A stretch of DNA of 64,000 bases from Eledone cirrhosa (lineage: Eukaryota), in contig OZ024740.1 of the NCBI GenBank assembly GCA_964016885.1, positions 363,258,001 through 363,322,000 of the forward strand, written 5' to 3'. Under the pieces are notes generated by a model. It saw nothing but the letters and a program-made list of their open reading frames with translations, had not been told where the DNA came from and made no database searches. The translations under genes and the position numbers were made by a program. This document shows, in pieces, positions 1 to 11,900 of this stretch (position 1 is the first letter of the stretch; each line of letters opens with the position of its first letter).

Positions 1-439
1 TTCCCTGAATTTGCTGAGAGAAACAGGTCTCTAAACTCATTAAAACAGACTAATTACAAAGATCGTTATCAGCGTTCGACAGAAATGTTTATCATGGTGA
101 TTCAGTTAGGGATTATGAAAAATGAAAGGAAAACCAATATCATTTAATTTTATTTCATTAATTTTTAAAACTAAATCGGGACAATAATTATAGAAGGCAT
201 TGGATGTTGTCTATTATTTCTTGCGGTGCTGATAGGAGACAAGATGTTTTCCTATAATCCATTTAAATGTTATTGCTATCGATTACTGTAAAATTTTAGA
301 AAGCAATGTTATCTAACTATATCAAACAAAATTTATACACAAGATTAATCCTTTAGATCCATTATGTCCGTTTAAAACTCAAATGAAACTGATTTATCTT
401 TGACCGTACAATTCATCCATTATTTCTTTCTAATTGAAG

Positions 440-625
440 AGTGGTGGTTGGCAGAATCAGTAGAGAGCATGACATAATTTTCCGTGATATTTGTTCCAGT
501 TCTTTAACATCTGCGTTCATATCCCGCCAAAGTCGATTTTACCTTTCATCCTTTTGGGTCGATTAAATAAAGTACAAGTCAAGTTCTGGGATCCATTTAA
601 TCGACATTCCCATCCCCTCAAAACT
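440..625 (+). mobile_element. Diverged tRNA-derived SINE (relative of the ~185-bp family at 3161, 17021, 25969, 58766, 59049)
   Basis: Head GGTGGTTGGCAGAATCAGTAGAG and shared core TTTACCTTTCATCCTTTTGGGTCGATTAAATAAAGTAC. Confidence 0.75.
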
Positions 626-779
626 GATATGTATAACTTCCATTTAAGCAGATTTAGCTAGTCTCGTACAAAGTTGCGTTTCATAAGACGTTGTTCGGGT
701 GTTGTAAAGATATGGGCCTCAATCCTATCATGAAGAGCAACGCGTAATGAAGCGCCTTGCTCAAGAACACAACTACCCA

Positions 780-1137
780 GTTCACACATTGAACCGACGA
801 CGTTATTCTCATGAGTCCCCAACCTCTATGCCATACGCTTAACTGAACGCCTGAGTCGTAAATTAACGCGTAAGTGGAGAAGTATTTGACAGGCACGTAT
901 GCCCTTAACGTAATTCTGAGGTAGAATCAGAGTGATATGATTTGTGACATGACAGGACCTTTGATTCAAAAGTATAATCCATTCGACCGGCTTCCATACA
1001 GTTTCCGTCTGCTCAATTTCCATCACGATACTTCTTACGAGCCCAGGTTATGATAAAGTTACTTGCACAAAATGCCATGTGATGAGACTGAATCCGGGGT
1101 CTCCCGATTGAACTTTTAACCACTCAGTCGTGGCTGC
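780..1137 (-). mobile_element. Degenerate tRNA-SINE remnant
   Basis: Minus strand has a tRNA-like head (GACTGAGTGGTTAA...GGATTCAGTC) and a body similar to 57700-57830 (CTCAGAATTACGTTAAGGGCATACGTGCCTGT...CCACTTACGCGTTAATTT). Confidence 0.5.
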
Positions 1138-1676
1138 ATTCATAAACGTATAACGTATCAAAAACCAGTATTAACAGGTTATTCTTAATGAGCCATAATT
1201 ATTGGTCATATGTTTCAAGATTACGAGAAACCAAAGTGGTGTGTACGAGGTAGACGTGGGGTCGTATTAACCCATGATCTAACTCCAAGGTTCTCAACTA
1301 TTTCGGGCACTGTTGGCCACTTAAATATTTAACCCCAACACAAAATAAAATGACAGGTCCCTTGTCCCTGCGAAGCTTATTCAACCTTATGGATAATACG
1401 GCCCTGGAAGAGAATCTTAATGTATATGTGTTGTTTGTGAGTTATTGTTAGTGTTTAGCCTTATGTCTGATATATGAACAAGCCATTCAACCACCATGCC
1501 AACCACGTCCTTTTGTTGGGCATTGTATACCTGGGATTACATTATACAATGTGTTACCCCTTTTCAAGAGAGTAGAGTATATTTTTAGTTAAATGTGATT
1601 GTTATTTCTCACTTGTGGATTGACCACGTAGGAGCTCTTAAGAGATGATAATCGGAAATAAAATCATAGAAAAATA

Positions 1677-1908
1677 CAGGGTGTCCATAAATTATCTTTA
1701 CCATTTGAAAAATTAAGAAGAAAGGAAAAAGTGAATATAACTATATGTAGTCTCTTGGAAAAAATTGGGAAACAAATAAAGTTTTATTAAAAACATCAGA
1801 TCACTTCAAATTGGGATCCATTGGTTGTGCGCTCAATTTCTGACCATGTGCGTTGTAGCATTCTCTCATTAATGGTGGAAGTTGTAAAGATAATTTATGG
1901 ATACGCTC
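1677..1908. mobile_element. Tc1/mariner-type MITE
   Basis: ~24-bp terminal inverted repeats CAGGGTGTCCATAAATTATCTTTA / TAAAGATAATTTATGGATACGCTC, flanked by TA on both sides (1675-1676, 1909-1910). Confidence 0.75.
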
Positions 1909-2220
1909 TATTACACTTTAGGCTAGGAGAAAATGTTTAAATCGAAATTTAATGTTTCCAATGTGTTTTGTTTTTCTAATAGTTTTATAGATATAAGATT
2001 CTACTGGTTTAAAAATATACTTTTGTTAATCCATATTTTGTCTGAGATTATTTTTTTTTTTTTTTTCCTGTGACCTTGTCTTTCTGGATTCCACGAGTCT
2101 GGTAATATCAAAGCAGTCAGTAAAATAATTTGAAAGTTAAGATGCAATCAATAGCCTCCAGTTTCTGATCGATCGGTGGAAGGGAATTGAATCTTTTTCT
2201 TGATATGATACCAATTAACT

Positions 2221-2506
2221 GTGGAGGTGCATGGCTTAGAGGTTAGGCTAGTAATCTCCCTATCATGAATTTGGATTCAAGCCTACACGTTGTGTCCTTA
2301 AGCAAGATACTACAGTCCACTTAGCTGGAAAATATGAGTTGTTCCTGGAATTAAAAGGACCACCCTTTTCATACACTGTCACACTAAATCTCTCTGAGAA
2401 CTACGCATCGGTGAACCACCACTTGCACGTTAATTTCTCGAGCAGGCTGTTCCGTTGATTAAAATAACTGGGATACTCGCAGCTGAAAGCGACGGTGGTC
2501 TAACAC
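2221..2506 (+). mobile_element. Degenerate tRNA-SINE, second family (homologous to 57565-57873)
   Basis: A-box-like TGGCTTAGAGGTTAG, conserved TTGTGTCCTTAAGCAAGATACT, shared 3' part CCACTTGCACGTTAATTTCTCGAGCAGGCTGTTCCGTTGAT. Confidence 0.7.
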
Positions 2507-2631
2507 ATCTGTTAGGTTGAGTTAATATTTTTAGTGTAGCCTGGTATCGATTTCCTCAAATGAATTTCAACTCCCGTTCAATATGTTATCTAGTATTACT
2601 GCCAATTAATATCTCTTTAAAGATCGGTTAA

Positions 2632-3086
2632 TCCTCTTGATAACCACTCGGCCCAAACCAGATCTGGTTCTATGAAACATAACCACACGTTTTAAAGGGT
2701 TCCTTTTCAAACCACAACCTATCGCATAATTTTATATAACATGGCATGGTCTCGTAATTCCTGATGGAGTTGTAGGGGCGCCGTATTGCCATATGGCGTT
2801 TCTTGGGCATTTTAAGCCTGGCGGAGCCCAACCCTCTCCAGGTCTGAGTACAGCAGAGTTTTCCAGAGAACAATAGAAAGTGAGAGAGAGAAAATAAGAA
2901 AGAGATATAGAGGAAGAATCGACCCCAATACTAGACTGGTACTTTTTTATCGACCTCGAAAGGATGAAAAACAAAGTTACTATTTTAGTAATACAATTAT
3001 TAATTATTTTCTTAAATACCTCAAACTTCCTCATTAATTAATTGAAATGGAGTATATATTTGATAAGAAATATGGTCATGAAAGGG
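2632..3086. mobile_element. Probable piggyBac-type MITE, containing a SINE fragment at ~2918-2978
   Basis: TTAA at 2628-2631 and 3087-3090; right end TGGTCATGAAAGGG with a degenerate inverted match TCCTCTTGATAACCA at the left end. Confidence 0.5.
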
Positions 3087-3160
3087 TTAAGGAAAAAAAT
3101 TAGTATTATATTGAGTGATCTGAATTCCATGTAAATTCAGTTAAATGTGAAGAAAATAAT

Positions 3161-3348
3161 TGTTTCTACTTTTGGCACAAGGCCAGCAATTATCCAGTGC
3201 AATACTGGAACTTTATTTTATCGATCCCGTAAGGATGAAAGGCAGAGTTAACCTCGGCGGGATTTGAACTTAGACCGTAAAGGGGCGTAACTCTTTTGCT
3301 GCAAAGCATGGAGTCCAGCCCTCTACTGATACTGCCAATCCACCTGCC
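3161..3348 (-). mobile_element. tRNA-derived SINE (~185 bp) with target-site duplication
   Basis: A box GGATTGGCAGTATCAGTAG, B box GTTCAAATCC, tail TGTGCCAAAAGTAGAAACA; 16-bp TSD ATGTGAAGAAAATAAT at 3145-3160 and 3351-3366. Confidence 0.92.
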
Positions 3349-3607
3349 ATATGTGAAGAAAATAATGTTAGAATAACACTATTCCGTATATATTTCATCG
3401 TGAACACTATTGATTCCACAATCGATTCCGTTATTTCTATTAGAAGAAAATATGACACGCTGCGATTTCATATTTTCCTTATCGTTTCCAAGTCAAACTG
3501 CTTAAATTCTTGTTTACAGGTTTTGTAATCATGCAGAGTTGCTACTTCTAATGCACGCACCTGTATATTCCTATGTGTGCATATTTACACATGAGTATGC
3601 ACACGCA

Positions 3608-3662
<55 letters not shown>

Positions 3663-4168
3663 TATATATATTATATATATATATAATACTAGCAGATTTA
3701 CCCGGCGTTGCTCGGGGTTTGAAATTATGCTAAGAATATACACCTAGGAAGTAAAAGAAGAACATTATTTTCCCCAACCTGTCAAAATAAGCAGAAGTCT
3801 TCAATAATTAATGCAAACGAATATTTAGTGCAATCTTTGTACACATAAAACTATGTTGATAATGAAGGAAAACACTGAACAGGATGTAGTTATACAAATG
3901 ATTAAAGACAATACACGTTGCAAATCTGTAAAAAAAACAGACAGCTTTGCTAAAGTACAAAAAGTTGTAATGAAAGCAGAGTTGTATACAAACAAAAAAA
4001 CAATGAGAGTAGAATAAGAGAAAATCTATTCTTTGAGAGCATCCTTTGCTGTGTATGGTTAAATTTTGAACTTATAATCCAAAATATCCTGCATGACATA
4101 TTCATTGGTATGTTTTGTAATGAGTAAGGTGAAGTCAAGGCAGAGCTGTAATAAGTTTTTTGTTAACA

Positions 4169-4680
4169 CTAAAGCACTTCAGGATAGACGATATTCTTTG
4201 TTTTTCTTTTCGGAACAAACGCAAAGAGATTATCTCGACTGCCAACTCGTGAGCAGGCAACGTAGAATTGTCCGTGCGAAAAGCAAGGTTCATCCAAGTG
4301 AATTCCAGTGACGGACAGAGTTTGACCTTGCGACTTGTTTATGGACATCGCAAAGGCAACACGAAGGGAAAATTGGGTTCGGCGAAAGGAGAAGGGAGTA
4401 TCCACGCCTGATGTAGTCAGGCTAATTTTTGTTATTATCACATCCCCGCCTTTTCCACATCCAGATAGAATGGTAGCGTCAATACTAAGTGGAGACACTT
4501 TTTTAACCACAAGGCGTGTACCATTGCATAGTTTTGGAGGAGTGATATTTCTCAGCAAAATAATTGGCGTTCCCTCTTTCAGAACCAATGTATTAGGAGG
4601 TAAACCAGGAGGATTTAAAGAATTTAGAAATTCAACTGGATAGTTGACCGCATCCTGTGGATCACATACAGTATCAATAG
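4169..4680 (-). pseudogene. C-terminal fragment of the Helitron PIF1-family helicase
   Basis: Motifs PIILLRNI.PPKLCNGTRLVV, RRTQF.LRVAFAMSINKSQGQTL, CFSHGQFYVACSRV, TKNIVYPEVL; the frame extends upstream through YPVEFLNSL.PPGLPP. Confidence 0.92.
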
Positions 4681-4807
4681 ATTTATATATCCGTGGATAT
4701 CCAGGAAGAATCCTGTTCAGTATGTTCCTTCATTGTCAAAAAGGTTTGATGTGTACGAATACAGCTGGAAGCATAGATAATGCCTGCCTCAAATGAGGAC
4801 GAAATTA

Positions 4808-5243
4808 CTTTAAAAATGTAAAAGCTGTAGGTCCCAATATTTTGAATGGAAAGTCCCATAAGGATTGTTCTAAAAATAAACAAACCATCATCAAAATCTC
4901 GTAAAATTCGAGACTGCTGCGAGATTAGGCCCTTACCGCGAAAATTAACACTTAATATAATGAAACAAGTTAAAACAACAAGTGTTTTTTTAACTTTGAA
5001 AGTGCAACAAATTTTTTTTTGTATCAACATGGCTTATGAAAGTTTAAAAAATGTAAAAGATGTAGGTCCCAATGGTTTCAATGGAAAGTCCCATAAGGAT
5101 TGTTCTAAAAATAAACAAACCATCATCAAAATCTCGTCAATTCGAGACTGCTACGAGATTAGGCACTTAACGCGAAAATTAAAACTTAATATAGTGAAAC
5201 AAGTTAAAACAACAAGTGTTTTTTAACTTTGAAAGTGCAACAA
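4808..5243. repeat. Tandem duplication of ~200 bp inside the Helitron (period ~235 bp)
   Basis: GTAGGTCCCAAT...AATGGAAAGTCCCATAAGGATTGTTCTAAAAATAAACAAACC...GAAAGTGCAACAA occurs at ~4808-5010 and ~5043-5243. Confidence 0.9.
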
Positions 5244-5620
5244 AGAATAAACAAGAGACAAACTATAATATTACTGATTTATCTTCAAATGAATCTGATG
5301 TTTATATTTCTGAAATTTCGTCTGACGATGATTGTTGTTTTAAAATTGAAAACGAAGGTCTCCATATCTCACTCTCTTTATAAGGATTGTCAATAAAGTT
5401 GGTTATCACCCTACTACCGATAATTTTGATATCGATTTTTTATTGCTCAACGTGGGTCGATTGAAAAATGTTTGTGATGTGACCAACTTAACGACCTGTG
5501 CAACGTGCACAGAAAATTTGGTCAAATTCGGTTGGTAAGTGTAAAAGCCTTAGGTATCCAAATTTGTACACAGACACACAGACATCCTCGCTTTTATATA
5601 TATAAAATATATATATATGT

Positions 5621-8471
5621 AAATTTCTTTAAGTCGTTTGGAAGTCTCGACAATGCAGATGGGTAAATCTCCGGGTAACAAGATCCGGTGGTGGAGAGAG
5701 AGATGTAAGTGAGTGTACGTTGAGATGCGTGGCGTGTATAAGACTGTAACGTGTAGAGGAATGAAGCAAAGAGCGTAAAGGATAAAAATAAAAATAACAA
5801 CACGAGAAAGAGTTACCTTGGGAGAGATTTAATTGTCCCTATATATTTCGGATTCACATCTATCAACTGGGGTTTTTTTCAAGGGGGGGGGGGGGTTCTG
5901 TCGGAAAGGTGCGAAACGTGTCCTCCGCTGTTCGTTGTTTTGAATATCTGAAGTATTCAGCAGAGCGCGCGTGCGCGTGAAATGGGGTTGGTCAGGCAGA
6001 GGTCAGCAGCCGAAGTAGTTCTTTCAATTATGGGAGTGGGGTGGCGCTAGCTGTCAGTCTATTCTCTGCCTGTTTGGTGAATGTTACTGTGTGTGTGTGT
6101 GTGTGTGTGCGTGTGTTGTTGTCTCGCTTGAGTGTGTGTGTGCGTGTGTTGTTGCCTTGTTCCTCTGTATTGGCAGTGTAGTATGTTCGTATGGTGGAAT
6201 GCTACTGTGTGTGTGTGTGTGTGTGTGTTGCTGTCTCGCTTGCGTGTGTGTGTGCATGTGTTGCTGCATCGTTTGTTAACTTAAACCAACTACCTCATTT
6301 CGCTTCTCTCGGATCGTTTGTTTAATTGTGGCCCTAGGCGTTTGATCCAAAGTGCTTCCTTGATACGTAACGTACCGATGTTTCTTTCTGTCGCTAGAAT
6401 TGTGACAATGGGCCTTCCGTCTTTGTTTCCGCATTTGGCTATGTGTTTCCGGAAAGACGAGGCCCTGGTTTTAGTGTGTTCCTTGATCCGGATGTGCAAC
6501 GGCCGGATTGTGCTACCTATATAGTATTGGTTGCACTTGTTACATTCTATCTCATAAACGACGTATGTGCATAGGCATCAGTTCGCATGGCGCATCGGGC
6601 AGTCTCTGAGGGAGCACGCGTCAGTTGATTTCCCGGGTTTCCTGGAGAGGCATCTTCGCAGGGAGGGGCCCGAGTGGGCCAGGTGGATGTCGATGCCCTC
6701 CCTCCGTATAGCTTTGCGGATAGCGTTTGTGGTATTCTCGCCCAGGTGTGGCATTTTAAGGAAGCACTTGCCTTGGGTGCCTCTCTGCCTCTTGTGTCTG
6801 GTGTCTCCTACTCTGTCTGTGAGCGAGGTAGGGTTCCCGTTCGTCTCCAGCACCTCAGGAATCGCTTGGTATGAGTGACACCACTCGCGGGATCGCTGCA
6901 TCTGTTTTTGATTCGCGGGATCTCGTTCGTGATGTATCCTCTTTTGGCACTGTTAGGGAGGGCGGACTTGTAGTGAACGAACAGGTCCCTGCAGGCTGCC
7001 TTTCGGTAGAAGTTGCAGTGTAACCCTCCCTGTTCCGTGACGTTGATTCGGAAGTCGAGGAGGGCAAGTGACCCGTCGTCGTTGGGGTGTTCAACACTGA
7101 AGTCAATATTCTCGTCCGTGTTGTTGAACGTCTCATAGATTCTGTTCACCATGTCTTGGGAAGATGTGAGGATGAGGATATCGTCCACGTACCTTGAGAA
7201 AAAGGCGACGACGTTGGGGTGGCAGGCGTTGAGTGCCTTGCGCTCGAGGCTGTCCATGTAAGACATCGCTAGCACACCCGACAGCCTTGATCCCATGGGC
7301 AGTCCCGAGGTTTGTTGGTATGTCTGGTCCAGGAATCCGAAGTAGGTGTTGTTGACGACGATGGATAGGAGTTGGTGGATGTCAGTGGTGGTGAGCCCGA
7401 AGCAGTGTAGGTCGGTGGATTGGACGCGTTCCATCAGTATATTGACGGCCGGGAGTGCCGGGACCGAGGTGTAGAGAGCGACTACATCAAGGCTGAAGGC
7501 ATATCTGTTATCCTTTCTGGTGTCGGGATTCATTTGATGCAGGCGCTTAAACACCTCCTCGGAGCTGTTAATGGGTCCCGTCAAGGTGTCTAAGATGGGT
7601 TTGAGTATTCTGGCTAGGAGCCATGAAATTTTGTAGAGTGGTCCTTCCACGCTCGATACAATGGGCCTGATCTTCAGGTCGGGTCCCTGTTGATGTGTTT
7701 TCACGGGGTGGTAGAAGGCGGGTAGTCTGCTGTTCCTCGTGAGGAGGTTGTATCTCAGCTTCTTCGGGAGCTTCTGCCGGTCGCAGATGTTAGTCCAGGC
7801 GGCGTTGATGTGCTCTTCTATCTGCGCGGGAGTGATTTCCGTGACCTTGGAGTATAGGTTGTCATTGTCAAGGTGTTGGAGGGCCAGGGTGTTGTAGGCC
7901 TCTCTGCTGATGACGCAGAATTATTTTCCCTTGTCGGAGGGGAGGTAGATGAGGTTCTTCGATTTTAGGTTGGAGAGAGTGGTGAGGTTGTGTGTTGTGC
8001 GTGTGTGTGTGTGTTTGTGAAGTATATCCGAGATGGAGTGTTTTAGCCTGATGAGTTTAGTGTCGAGTTCGTGGTTGGTGGGTGGGGGTGGAGTGGATTG
8101 TCGGGGTGGTAAGTGGGGGAACTTGGGGTGGGTTGCGTGGGCACTGTTATTTTCTGTGGCGCTGTTGATGGCGGTCACCCATTTAAGTTGGTAAGCAGCT
8201 CGACAAAAGTTGGCCTCGATGTTGAGTTTGAGTCTGTCGTCGAGTCGTTGTGAGAAGATAAACTTGAGTCCGAGGTGTAGGAGTTTCAGCTCGTCGCTCG
8301 TGAGAGTGCCGGTTAGGTCGGTGACCAGATGCATCGCATCGTTGAGGTGTGGCTCGGTGTTGGTGGATGCGGTGGTGGCGGTTGTTAAGTTGTTGTTTTC
8401 CACGTGGTTCTGGTCCGTCTGTTCGTTAGTGTCGATGTTCTCGTTGTGGAGTTTAGACAAGATCCACTCAT
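5621..8471 (-). mobile_element. Penelope-like retroelement, family A (RT + GIY-YIG), 5'-truncated, disrupted ORF
   Basis: SDKGK, KTH..IRPIVS, FSLDVVALYTSVP, QTSGLPMGSRLSGVLA, RYVDD, LLDF, VVYEIEC..C...YIGST.R.LH.RIKEH, L.IKEALWI....PQLN; ORF pieces 7921-8470, 6808-7920, 6578-6901, 6290-6577; 3' end at (TA)n. Confidence 0.93.
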
Positions 8472-9258
8472 ACCAGGGCCTCGTCTTTCCGGAAACACAT
8501 AGCCAAATGCGGAAACAAAGACGGAAGGCCCATTGTAACAATTCTAGCGACAGAAAGAAACGTCGGCACGTTACGTATCAAGGAAACACTTTGGATCAAA
8601 CGCCTAGGGCCACAATTAAACAATCGATCTGTGAGAAGCGAAATGAGGTGGTTGGTTTAAGTTAACAAACAATGCAGCAACACACGCACACACACACACT
8701 CAAGCGAGACAACAACACACGCACACACACACACACACAGTAACATTCACCAAACAAGCAGAGAGTGGACTGACAGCTAGCGCCACCTCACTCCCACAAT
8801 TGAAAGAACTACTTCGGCCGCTGACCTCTGTCTGACCGACCCCATTTCACGCGCACGCTCGCTCTGCTGAATACCTCAGATATTCAAAACAACGAACAGC
8901 GGAGGCCACCTTTCGCACCTTTCCGACAGACAACCTCCTCCCCCCCCCCCCCCCCCCCCCCCCGCCCGGAAAAAAAACCAAGTTTATGGATGTGAATCCG
9001 AAATATATAGGGACAATTAAATCTCTCCCAAGGTAACTCTTTCTCGTTTTGTTATTTTTATTTTTATCCTTTACGCTCTACACGTTCCAGTCTTATACAC
9101 GCCACGCATCTCAACGTACACCCACTTACATCTTTCTCTCCACCACCGGATCTTGTTACCCGGAGATTTACCCATCTGCATTGTCGAGGCTTCCAAACGA
9201 CTTAAAGAAATTTACCTTATTATTCCACAATGCTTCAAGCAAACTTCAATACTCTCTT
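8472..9258 (+). mobile_element. Inverted copy of the PLE-A 3' end (EN tail + pseudo-LTR)
   Basis: Reverse complement of 5621-6469, lacking one CA-rich subrepeat, and extending ~45 nt further to (TA)n. Confidence 0.92.
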
Positions 9259-9365
9259 ATATATATGTATATATATATATATATAAATATATATATATGT
9301 ATATAAAATATTAAAAAAATAATGAATAAAACAATGAAACAGTTCCTTATATTAAACAAAAAAAG

Positions 9366-9508
9366 TTCATCATTTAACGATCGTTTCTAGGACATATATG
9401 TGTTAGAATTGGCATGCATATTCAAAAGATCTATGTACAAAATTATACAAACTATCAAAGAGAATATACATACCAACACATATATATGCTGTCTTCAGAA
9501 ATAATGAA
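9366..9508 (-). ncRNA. Type I hammerhead ribozyme motif with ~104-nt stem II (PLE-H1)
   Basis: TTCATTATTT-CTGAAGA-[long hairpin]-GAAAC-GATC-GTT-AAATGATGAA; 10-bp stem I with one G-U; palindromic stem III ACGATCGT. Confidence 0.72.
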
Positions 9509-10130
9509 GTATATTTATTGATAATAACAACAATTCAAAATTACAGGTCTGTTTGGGAACAGATTTTAAATAGACCAATGAAATACATAAAAATTCATCA
9601 AGAAAATACAGTTAGGTGTGTGTATATATGCAAGTAACTTCGTTCACAGATATGCATAAAAATGTATGTTCACATGCATACGCATGTCGAAAAAGTGTAT
9701 GTAAATATAAAAATTCAGGGCTAATGTCTCTGTATGTTTATAATCCACAGACAAAATATACATACACATACATACATATATACACACATATATACACACA
9801 TATACATACATTCATACACACACACGCATATACACATAAACACACACATACCCACGAACACACACACACATATATACACACACACACACACACATACGTA
9901 TATATTATTATTATAACTATATGGATATTGAGGCGCACACATAAACACGGCCACATACACTTACATCTAGATGCAGAATTAAAAGTAGGTAAGGGAGTCA
10001 GTAATTAAGGAGGGTGTCAGACTCAGCATATTTATAAAAATGTATCTATAAATTTAGAAATAAAAAGAAATATAATAAAAGAAATAAACAAGTAAAACAT
10101 ATACTCATACATATAAATACACACCGATAT

Positions 10131-10191
<61 letters not shown>

Positions 10192-10509
10192 CACATACAC
10201 ACACATATATATATACACACATACTCACAACACACATATATATACATATATGTACACACACATACACACATACATACACATACATATATATATACATATA
10301 TATACATATATATATACACACATATATATACACACATATATATACACACACACACATACATATACGTATATATACATACACACACATACCCATGTATATA
10401 TATACACAACCACACACTCACACACACTCAGACATACATAAATATAGAGACATACATACACACATATATATATATACATATATATATACATATATATATA
10501 TATACACAC

Positions 10510-10554
<45 letters not shown>

Positions 10555-10656
10555 AAATAAATACACACAGTCAGACAATTATGCACATATATACACATAC
10601 ATACACACATCTCTACAAATACATATACATACACATACATACATACACATATATAT

Positions 10657-10724
<68 letters not shown>

Positions 10725-11019
10725 TCATACACACTTATTTACATGCGCACATATGTATTTTTATACTCACATACAAACACACAAACATACATACATACTT
10801 ACATACACATACATACATCCACGCTTACAAATACGAATAATTATAGGGGAGGAAAGGGGGATTAAAATTATTAGTGGGAAATAGTAAATATAGGTTTCAA
10901 GGAACATAGAATATTAATCTGCATTTAAATCATAATATGTGTTTACATAGTAGTGTCAGTATTAGGAAATGTAAGAAAGAAGGCTAAATTATGCATTTTA
11001 ATATAAGTAGACTATTAAT

Positions 11020-11900
11020 TATAGGTTAATTAAAGTAAAAATAGTTAATATATTAATTTCTAAGGTGTATACTACTTAGGTTTATAATATTTAAAGCGGA
11101 ATTTTGAAGTTAAACAGTAGTAGAGTATTAATTATAGCATAACTAAATTAAAATTATTAACATGATGGTATCAATTTTAGGAAATGAATTTTGTAATAGG
11201 GAAAGCCAAATCAAGTATTTCATCGGTAGTAGAATATTAATTATAGGTTAACTAAATTAAAAATTATATATTAATTTCTATAGTATATGTTAATTAGGTT
11301 TATAATAATTAAAGCAAATTTTGTATTTTATCTATAGTAGAATATAATTATAGGTTAACTAAAATTAAAATTAATCTATATATTTATTTGTAAAGAATAT
11401 ATTAATTAGGTATATATTTAAAAGTTTTTCTCAGTTTATGATTACATGATATTCTGCAATCCATCTGTATTAGAATTTTAATTTTAAGCTAACTAAATTA
11501 AAATTATAGGTTAACTAAATTAAAATTAATTTATAAATTAATTTCTAAATTGTACATTAATTAGGTTTATAATATTAAAAAGTATCTCTGTTATTGATTA
11601 CACGATATTTTGTTATATTTCATCTGTAAAGGAATTTTAATAAAAGGTTAAATAAACTAAAATTAATCTATAAATTAATTTCCAAAGTATATATTAATTA
11701 TGTTAATAATATTTAAAAGTTTTTCACAGTTTATGATTACACAATATTTTTTAATTTCATCTGTAGTAGAATTTTAATTAAATTAAAATTATAGGTTAAC
11801 TACATTTAAATTAATTTATATATTAATTTCTAAAATATATATTATTAATTAGGTTTATAATATTTAAATGTTTTTCTCAGTTTATGATTGCACGATATAA
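11020..11900. repeat. Degenerate ~110-150-bp tandem repeats in the PLE-H1 3' UTR, derived from the ORF end
   Basis: AATTAGGTTTATAATATTTAAA..TTTTCTCAGTTTATGATTACACGATAT-like unit at ~11080, 11295, 11403, 11560, 11695 and 11845. Confidence 0.75.

Larger units (their letters stand above)
3689..5600 (-). mobile_element. Non-autonomous, internally deleted Helitron
   Basis: 3' end CTAG|T at 3689-3692 with hairpin CCCGAGCAACGCCGGG (3701-3716) about 8 nt upstream; 5' end TATATAAAA...GTCTGTGTGTCTGT near 5570-5600; contains a PIF1 helicase fragment. Confidence 0.85.

Noticed and set aside
1-3600. Host gene exons
   Set aside because: No ORF with recognisable non-TE similarity; isolated AG/GT signals are not sufficient evidence
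5317-5356. TTCGT-CTGACGA...GAAA-ACGAA hammerhead-like string in the Helitron
   Set aside because: No stem III or UH cleavage site, and a weak stem II
6578-6580. In-frame TGA in the Cys-rich linker of PLE-A (and TGA at 13394 in H1) as selenocysteine
   Set aside because: Selenoprotein PLEs are described in the N-terminal-EN Naiad group; these elements have a C-terminal EN and other frameshifts, the TGAs are not at evident Cys positions, and I saw no SECIS
11020-11900. Spaced AT-rich repeats as a CRISPR-like array
   Set aside because: Eukaryotic context; units are degenerate, the spacers are themselves related, and the repeat derives from the PLE ORF end
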